Shown here in pieces: positions 58,250 through 64,000 of a DNA stretch of 64,000 bases. The notes below the pieces were generated by a model. The model did no database searches, was not told the origin of the DNA, and saw only the letters and a program-made list of their open reading frames with translations. Numbering within the stretch: the stretch's first letter is position 1; each line of letters starts with the position of its first letter. Origin of the DNA: an uncultured Roseicyclus sp. (GTDB lineage: Bacteria > Pseudomonadota > Alphaproteobacteria > Rhodobacterales > Rhodobacteraceae); the NCBI GenBank assembly GCA_947500415.1, contig CANMRT010000001.1, positions 210,982 to 274,981 of the forward strand. The letters run 5' to 3'. Made by a program: the position numbers and the translations under genes.

Positions 58250-60223
58250 TTGGCCGACATCACACCGTCCCCGGACGCGCCCCACTCCGTTCCTGCGCTG
58301 TTGCGCCGTAACGCCGCCAAATTTGGTGGCGACTCAGCGTATCGCGAGAAGGAGTTTGGGATCTGGCAAAGCTGGACCTGGGCGGAGACGGAAGCCGAGA
58401 TTGAAGCATTGGCCCTGGGCTTGCTGGATCTGGGCCTGAACCGGGGTGACTTTGTCGCCGTGATCGGCCGCAACCGGCCCGCGCTCTATTGGTCGATGGT
58501 TGCCGTTGAGATGGCCGGCGGGGTGCCCGTACCGCTCTACCAAGATGCCGTGGCCGAAGAGATGGCCTATGTGCTTCAGCACTGCGGCGCCCGGTTCGTA
58601 GTGGCGGGTGATCAGGAGCAGGTCGACAAGGTGATCGATGCCCAGGAAAAGGGGCCGGGGATTGAGCAGACGATCTACCTCGACCCGCGGGGGTTGCGGA
58701 AATACGACCACACGAAGCTGACGTCTTACACTGATGTGCAGCAGGCCGGGCGCGACGCACGGGATCGCCTGAAAGGTGAGCTGGCCGCGCGCGAAGCAGA
58801 GCTGACCTACGACAGCACCTGCGTGATGCTTTACACCTCGGGCACGACGGGCAAACCCAAGGGCGTGGTCCTGTCAAACCGCAACATTATCGAGGCATCG
58901 AAATCATCGAGCGAATTCGACAGCCTGCGCCGCGATGACGAGGTTCTGGCCTATCTGCCGATGGCCTGGGTTGGCGATTTCATCTTCTCCATCGGGCAGG
59001 CTTACTGGACGGGTTTCTGCGTGAATTGCCCCGAGAGCGCAGACACGATGATGACCGACCTGCGTGAGATAGGGCCGACTTACTTTTTCGCCCCGCCGCG
59101 CGTGTTCGAGAACCTGCTGACCAGCGTGATGATCCGCATGGAAGATGCAGGCTCGTTCAAGAAAAAGCTCTTCGACCGTGCGATGACCCGCGCGAAGGAG
59201 ATTGGGCCGAAGATCCTGGATGGCAAGCCTGTGAGCGGGGCTGAAAAGCTCGCCTACGCCTGGGACAATATGATGGTGATTGGCCCGCTGAAAAACACGC
59301 TGGGCATGAGCCGCGTGCGCGTGGGTTACACTGCCGGGGAGGCCATCGGGCCGGAGATTTTCGACTTCTACCGAGCGTTGGGGATCAACCTCAAACAGCT
59401 CTACGGCCAGACCGAGGCCAGCGTTTTCATCACGCAGCAACCGGACAGCGAAGTGCGCCCCGACACGGTGGGCGTGCCGTCGCCGGGGGTCGAGTTGAAG
59501 ATCGGTGAGAATGGAGAGGTCTTCTACCGCTCGCCCGGCACGTTTGTGGAATACTTCAAGAACCCTGAAAGCACCGCCGACACCAAAGATGCCGAGGGTT
59601 GGGTGGCCACAGGGGATGCAGGCTTCATCGAGGAAGATACCGGCCATCTGCGGATCCTGGATCGTGCGAAGGACGTGGGGAAAACGGCTTCGGGTGGGTT
59701 GTTCGCGCCGAAATATGTGGAGAACAAGCTGAAGTTCTACCCCGACATTCTGGAAGCTGTTGTCTTCGGGAATGAGCGCGAGTTCTGCACGGCCTTCATC
59801 AACATCGATCTGACGGCGGTGGGCAATTGGGCGGAGCGCAACAATATCGCTTATGCGTCTTATCAGGAGTTGGCGGGCCATCCGCAGGTGCTGGCCTCGA
59901 TCCAGAGCCATGTGGAGGCGGTGAACCGGTCGGTCGCAGAAGACCCGATGCTGGCCCATTGCCAAGTCGCGCGGTTCCTGGTGCTGCATAAGGAATTGGA
60001 CGCTGACGACGGCGAGATGACCCGGACGCGGAAGGTGCGCCGTCGGATCGTTGAGGAGAAATTCGCCGACCTGATCGACGCGCTCTATTCCGGGAAGTCC
60101 GAGCAATACACCGAAACGGAAGTGACATACGAAGACGGCCGCAAGGGCAAGATTTCTGCGACGCTGGAGATCCGGGATGCGGCGACGGTGGATGTGGAAG
60201 CTGCACAGATGGCTGCGGAATGA
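58250..60223 (+). CDS. Long-chain acyl-CoA ligase (AMP-binding)
   Basis: YTSGTTGKPKG, YGQTE, TGDAG, DRAKD; TTG start after a GGGAGG RBS. Confidence 0.92.
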   Translation: MADITPSPDAPHSVPALLRRNAAKFGGDSAYREKEFGIWQSWTWAETEAEIEALALGLLDLGLNRGDFVAVIGRNRPALYWSMVAVEMAGGVPVPLYQDAVAEEMAYVLQHCGARFVVAGDQEQVDKVIDAQEKGPGIEQTIYLDPRGLRKYDHTKLTSYTDVQQAGRDARDRLKGELAAREAELTYDSTCVMLYTSGTTGKPKGVVLSNRNIIEASKSSSEFDSLRRDDEVLAYLPMAWVGDFIFSIGQAYWTGFCVNCPESADTMMTDLREIGPTYFFAPPRVFENLLTSVMIRMEDAGSFKKKLFDRAMTRAKEIGPKILDGKPVSGAEKLAYAWDNMMVIGPLKNTLGMSRVRVGYTAGEAIGPEIFDFYRALGINLKQLYGQTEASVFITQQPDSEVRPDTVGVPSPGVELKIGENGEVFYRSPGTFVEYFKNPESTADTKDAEGWVATGDAGFIEEDTGHLRILDRAKDVGKTASGGLFAPKYVENKLKFYPDILEAVVFGNEREFCTAFINIDLTAVGNWAERNNIAYASYQELAGHPQVLASIQSHVEAVNRSVAEDPMLAHCQVARFLVLHKELDADDGEMTRTRKVRRRIVEEKFADLIDALYSGKSEQYTETEVTYEDGRKGKISATLEIRDAATVDVEAAQMAAE

Positions 60224-60285
60224 TGGGTGGACGCGCGTGCAGGCACGACGCCCCACCCACCATCCCGTTTGGGAGGCTAACGTAA

Positions 60286-61107
60286 ATGCTTGATAATCCG
60301 ACAGAAAGCTATGTCACCGCCGATGGCCGCACGATTGGGGCGGTGGTGATGGAGATGCGCGGAATTACCCTGCGGTTTGGGGGAGTTGAGGCGATCAAGG
60401 ACATCTCGTTCGATGTGCGGGAAGGGGAGATCCGGGCGATCATCGGGCCGAACGGGGCCGGTAAATCCTCGATGCTCAACGTCATCAGCGGATTCTATCA
60501 TCCGCAGGAGGGGGAGGTCTTCTACAAAGGCTCCAAACGTCCGCCGATGAAGCCGTTTCAGGTCGCGCGGCAAGGCATTGCGCGGACGTTTCAGAACATC
60601 GCTTTGTTTGAGGGGATGAGCGTTCTGGACAACGTCATGACTGGGCGCCTGAACTACATGAAGACCGGCTTTTTCAGTCAGGCCATGTGGTGGGGCAAGG
60701 CCGAGGATGAGGAAACGAAGAACCGCGCGAAAGCCGAGGAAATCATTGATTTTCTTGAGATTCAAGCGATCCGAAAGACGCCGGTGGGGCGGCTGCCCTA
60801 TGGCCTGAAAAAGCGGGTGGAGCTGGCGCGCGCACTGGCCGCCGAGCCGCAGATCCTGCTGCTGGATGAGCCGATGGCGGGCATGAACGTGGAGGAGAAA
60901 GAAGACATGTCGCGCTTCATCCTCGACGTGAATGACGAGTTTGGAACGACCATCGTTTTGATCGAGCATGATATGGGCGTGGTGATGGACCTGAGCGACC
61001 GTGTTGTGGTGATGGATTACGGCAAAAAGATCGGCGACGGGACGCCCGATGAGGTGCGCAACAACCAGGAAGTGATCGACGCCTATCTTGGGGTCTCCCA
61101 TGACTGA
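60286..61107 (+). CDS. Liv-type ABC transporter ATP-binding protein
   Basis: GPNGAGKS, ARTFQNI, LLDEPMAG, IEHDM. Confidence 0.94.
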   Translation: MLDNPTESYVTADGRTIGAVVMEMRGITLRFGGVEAIKDISFDVREGEIRAIIGPNGAGKSSMLNVISGFYHPQEGEVFYKGSKRPPMKPFQVARQGIARTFQNIALFEGMSVLDNVMTGRLNYMKTGFFSQAMWWGKAEDEETKNRAKAEEIIDFLEIQAIRKTPVGRLPYGLKKRVELARALAAEPQILLLDEPMAGMNVEEKEDMSRFILDVNDEFGTTIVLIEHDMGVVMDLSDRVVVMDYGKKIGDGTPDEVRNNQEVIDAYLGVSHD

Positions 61108-61594
61108 AACGCGTGTAGTGAATCTGTCGTTTTTCCGTAATTATTTTGTAGTTACAAATTTGCGCACAGTTCTAGCGGTTGCTGGTGGAATTGGTGCGTT
61201 GATGTTTTGCGCCCCGACCTATGCCGGGACATTGGCGGAGTTCGAGGCGCGCTGCCTGACGCCGATGGTGGAGGTGCGTGAGAGCGACCTGGGCGGGTTG
61301 GAGCGTATCTGGCATCGGGCGGCGTGGGAGTCGTGGGTGCCTGCCGAGGGCGATTGGGAATTGCGCCGGGCGCTGCCGGGGGCGGTTGTTCAATATTGTT
61401 CGATCATTGGAGACTACACTCACCGCGAAAGCGCGGCTTGGGCCGAGGCCGCCGTGGCGTCGGGCAACTACGAGGTGATCGATAGCGAACCGCTGACACT
61501 GCATTCGACGTTTCTGCGCGAGCCGGTGATCGAGGTTGAGTTCGACCTGTTGGTGCCGAGCGTGACCGTCATCGAAACGAATTTGGAGAGCTGA
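61100..61594 (+). CDS. Hypothetical exported protein inserted in the ABC operon
   Basis: Signal-like hydrophobic stretch, Cys pair; overlaps the ATPase stop; start uncertain. Confidence 0.6.
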   Translation: MTETRVVNLSFFRNYFVVTNLRTVLAVAGGIGALMFCAPTYAGTLAEFEARCLTPMVEVRESDLGGLERIWHRAAWESWVPAEGDWELRRALPGAVVQYCSIIGDYTHRESAAWAEAAVASGNYEVIDSEPLTLHSTFLREPVIEVEFDLLVPSVTVIETNLES

Positions 61595-61596
61595 GG

Positions 61597-62169
61597 GTGA
61601 GCCACGTGAACCCATCCATCGGCACAGTTGCGGCAAGCATTCTGACCGGCCTGCTTGGCAGCGCCGAAGACGCCGCCGCTCAGTCGCAGGGTAATGGGAC
61701 GGACGACCTATTCTCATTCGGGTTTGATACGTGCCTCGAAATTCTCCGCACGCAAGACGCCGGTGATGCGCTGCGCGCGAACCGCGAACGGGCACCCAAT
61801 TCCCTTTGCATCGGGGCCAGCATCGATAACACGGACGTTCTCATCACAATTTGCGATGACGCGAGGGACAATCCCGACGCACCGGTGATTAACACCTGCA
61901 TTGTTCGCGCAAGCGGTCTGTTGGATGTCAGCGCTCGGCTGGACGTGGCGCGATGGGCAGAGCGTATGCAAGCTGCGTTGTCAGAATTTGACGGCGTTGT
62001 GGAACTGCAGCCTCGGGCGGGTCAAGCCTTTCAACGCTATGGCTGGTGCGAGAATGACGAGATGCCCTTTTATGTCGACATCGGCACCGATCTGCCCGGG
62101 CACCCCGCGCAAGCGAACATCTACACTTTCGGTACTGACAGCGATCCAATGCTATGCGAGCAGGAGTAA
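61597..62169 (+). CDS. Hypothetical exported protein inserted in the ABC operon
   Basis: Signal-like N-terminus, six Cys, lower GC; abuts both neighbours. Confidence 0.6.
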   Translation: MSHVNPSIGTVAASILTGLLGSAEDAAAQSQGNGTDDLFSFGFDTCLEILRTQDAGDALRANRERAPNSLCIGASIDNTDVLITICDDARDNPDAPVINTCIVRASGLLDVSARLDVARWAERMQAALSEFDGVVELQPRAGQAFQRYGWCENDEMPFYVDIGTDLPGHPAQANIYTFGTDSDPMLCEQE

Positions 62170-62172
62170 CCC

Positions 62173-63312
62173 ATGCCTGACCAGTTAATCTTCGCCATGG
62201 AAGTCACGGCCAACGGGCTGCTGAACGGCGTGATGTATGCGCTGGTGGCGCTTGGGTTCGTCCTGATCTTCAAGGCGTCCGGCATCTTCAACTATGCGCA
62301 AGGCGTCATGGCGCTGTTTGCGGCAATGACGCTGGTGGGCATCCAAGAGGGCCGCGTGCCCTTTGCGCATCTGATCAACGCGATTTTCGGAACCCATGTG
62401 CATCATTTCGGCTTCGATCCGAATGCGGCCTTGTTCTGGCCCTTTGCCATTGTCTCTTTCCTTGCGGCCCTCGTGATCCCGATCACGGCGTTGCTGACGA
62501 AGCGGGTTAGTATTCTTGGATTTCTGGGACTGGAGGCCATTACCGGCGGGCTTTTCCTATTTGTCTGGCTTGTGCCTGCGGCGCCCGCCATTTTGCTGAC
62601 CGTGCTGATCATGATCGCCTTCGCCTATCTGGTGCAGCGGTTCGTGTTCAAACACCTCGTCGGCCAAGAGCCGATCATCCTGTTCATGGCGACGATTGGT
62701 CTGGCTTATTTCCTGGAGGGCGTGAGCGACCTGATGTGGGGCAGCGAAATCCGCAACCTCGATGTGGGTCTGCCGCAGGGCGTGAATGACTGGATCGATG
62801 TGACGACATTCGAGGCGTTGGGTTATGGTCTGTTCATCGACAACCTCGACATTGCGGCGGCGATCATTGCAGCGATCCTTGTGATGAGCCTGATTGCGTA
62901 CTCGCAATACACCAAGAACGGCCGCGCGATGAGGGCGGTGGCGGATGACCACCAAGCCGCGTTGAGCGTGGGCATTTCGCTCAACTACGTTTGGATTTTG
63001 GTCTGGTCGCTGGCGGGCATCGTGGCGCTGGTGGCGGGGGTCATGTGGGGCTCGAAATCGGGCGTCCAATTCTCGCTGTCGTTGATTGCGCTCAAAGCAT
63101 TGCCGGTTCTGATGCTGGGCGGCTTCACGTCGATCCCGGGTGCCATCGTGGGTGGTTTGATCATCGGAGTGGGTGAGGCGCTGTTCGAGTTCGCCATCGG
63201 GCCGATGATCGGCGGCGCGACGGAGAACTGGTTCGCCTATGTGCTGGCGCTGGTATTTCTGGTGTTCCGCCCGCAGGGCCTGTTCGGGGAGAAGATCATT
63301 GAGCGGGTTTGA
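62173..63312 (+). CDS. Liv-type ABC permease (LivH-like)
   Basis: YALVALGFVLIFKASG..N.AQG, GRAMRAVAD...A...GI, GG..S.PGA.VGG, RPQGLFG. Confidence 0.93.
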   Translation: MPDQLIFAMEVTANGLLNGVMYALVALGFVLIFKASGIFNYAQGVMALFAAMTLVGIQEGRVPFAHLINAIFGTHVHHFGFDPNAALFWPFAIVSFLAALVIPITALLTKRVSILGFLGLEAITGGLFLFVWLVPAAPAILLTVLIMIAFAYLVQRFVFKHLVGQEPIILFMATIGLAYFLEGVSDLMWGSEIRNLDVGLPQGVNDWIDVTTFEALGYGLFIDNLDIAAAIIAAILVMSLIAYSQYTKNGRAMRAVADDHQAALSVGISLNYVWILVWSLAGIVALVAGVMWGSKSGVQFSLSLIALKALPVLMLGGFTSIPGAIVGGLIIGVGEALFEFAIGPMIGGATENWFAYVLALVFLVFRPQGLFGEKIIERV

Positions 63313-63740
63313 GGATGGCGCAATCGGAACCCAAGCCTTTGCTGGTGCGAATGTTCCTGTTCGTTCTCGCAGGGTATTGCGGGCTGGCGATCGTGACCGT
63401 GGCCCTCTTCTTACCGCTGTTGTTGGTGGCGAATTTCGGCGGAGGGCCAAGTGGTTCGGTCGGATGGAGCGAGTTGCTGCAAGGTCTGGGCGTTCTGGCT
63501 GCGGGGCTCGGACTGCCATCGCTGGTGTTCGCCAAGGGCGCGCGGACATGGAGGTTTGCCGTTCCTGTCATCGTGGTGTTGATCGCCGCGCTGGTTTGGC
63601 CGTTTGCGTCGCAGGACCCGGACGCAGTGTTTGTTGTGGTCTTGATCGGGCTGGCCCTGTTGCATGGGTTGGCGATGTTCTGGGCCTTCGGTCAGCTATC
63701 GGGGCGCAGCGCGCCGCCGGAGTGGAAGGGCATGCCATGA
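63309..63740 (+). CDS. Four-TM hypothetical protein inserted between the two permeases
   Basis: Highly hydrophobic 143-aa ORF with a start/stop overlap on the upstream permease. Confidence 0.6.
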   Translation: MRMAQSEPKPLLVRMFLFVLAGYCGLAIVTVALFLPLLLVANFGGGPSGSVGWSELLQGLGVLAAGLGLPSLVFAKGARTWRFAVPVIVVLIAALVWPFASQDPDAVFVVVLIGLALLHGLAMFWAFGQLSGRSAPPEWKGMP

Positions 63741-63776
63741 CCTTCCCCACCAAGATTTTCCAAGGGAGCGTGTGAG

Positions 63777-64000
63777 ATGTTTTACCGTGAAGCGGGCGAT
63801 TTCTCGACCACCTACAGCGAAGACAACCAGACTTTCCCGATCAAGTTTGACCGGTATCGGTACTATCTCGTGCTGCTGGTCGGTGCCGTGGTGGTGCCGT
63901 TCCTGATCAACGATTACTGGGCAAATTCGCTGCTGATCCCGTTCCTGATTTACGCGATTGCGGCGATTGGGCTGAACATTCTGACGGGCTATTGCGGGCA
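63777..64000 (+). CDS. Liv-type ABC permease (LivM-like), partial
   Basis: Manual translation MFYREAGDF.TTY...LIPFLIYAIAAIGLNILTGYCG; runs off the window. Confidence 0.88.
   Translation, partial: MFYREAGDFSTTYSEDNQTFPIKFDRYRYYLVLLVGAVVVPFLINDYWANSLLIPFLIYAIAAIGLNILTGYCG

Noticed and set aside
58904-61101. 450-aa and 274-aa minus-strand ORFs
   Set aside because: Antisense shadows of the acyl-CoA ligase and ABC ATPase.
1-64000. IS elements, integrases, prophage, tRNA/rRNA, defence systems
   Set aside because: No transposase or recombinase motifs, tRNA arms or phage genes were recognised by eye. A tRNAscan/HMM search would be needed to exclude divergent ones.

Overview
A 64 kb, GC-rich chromosomal segment of an alphaproteobacterium. 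Gene content and order point to Rhodobacterales, probably the Roseobacter group (inference). Most of it is core genome: amgK-tsaE-divL-regB/senC, glnK-amtB, a PBP1A, ggt, the rbaVW partner switch, a thiolase, rmuC-mutL, an M16 peptidase pair, lspA, purH, rsmB, dapB, rbfA-truB, rpsO and pnp. It also carries the rpoE-chrR singlet-oxygen locus with a compact furan-fatty-acid-type operon, and an acyl-CoA ligase/Liv-type ABC operon with its two-component system. I saw no rRNA, tRNA, CRISPR array, transposase or prophage gene. Signals the gene list does not explain: (1) an array of five GYTCA-NN-TGARC palindromes around a central hairpin, lying between two convergent genes (26147-26288); (2) a cyanobacterial-type sbtA-sbtB pair with a divergent NhaR-like LysR inside a ~6 kb cargo block that splits rpsO from pnp; (3) two long nested intergenic hairpins (11039-11188, 38187-38325); (4) a probable leaderless uORF whose stop overlaps the rpoE start; (5) a hydrolase retaining the fluoroacetate-dehalogenase fluoride-pocket residues, coupled to DUF1643; (6) orphan genes and an extra transmembrane segment inside the ABC operon. 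Readable regulatory sites include a perfect CtrA box at divL, two back-to-back RpoE promoters, an EcfG-type promoter and tandem NtrC-like sites. All family calls come from motif recognition; no database search was run.
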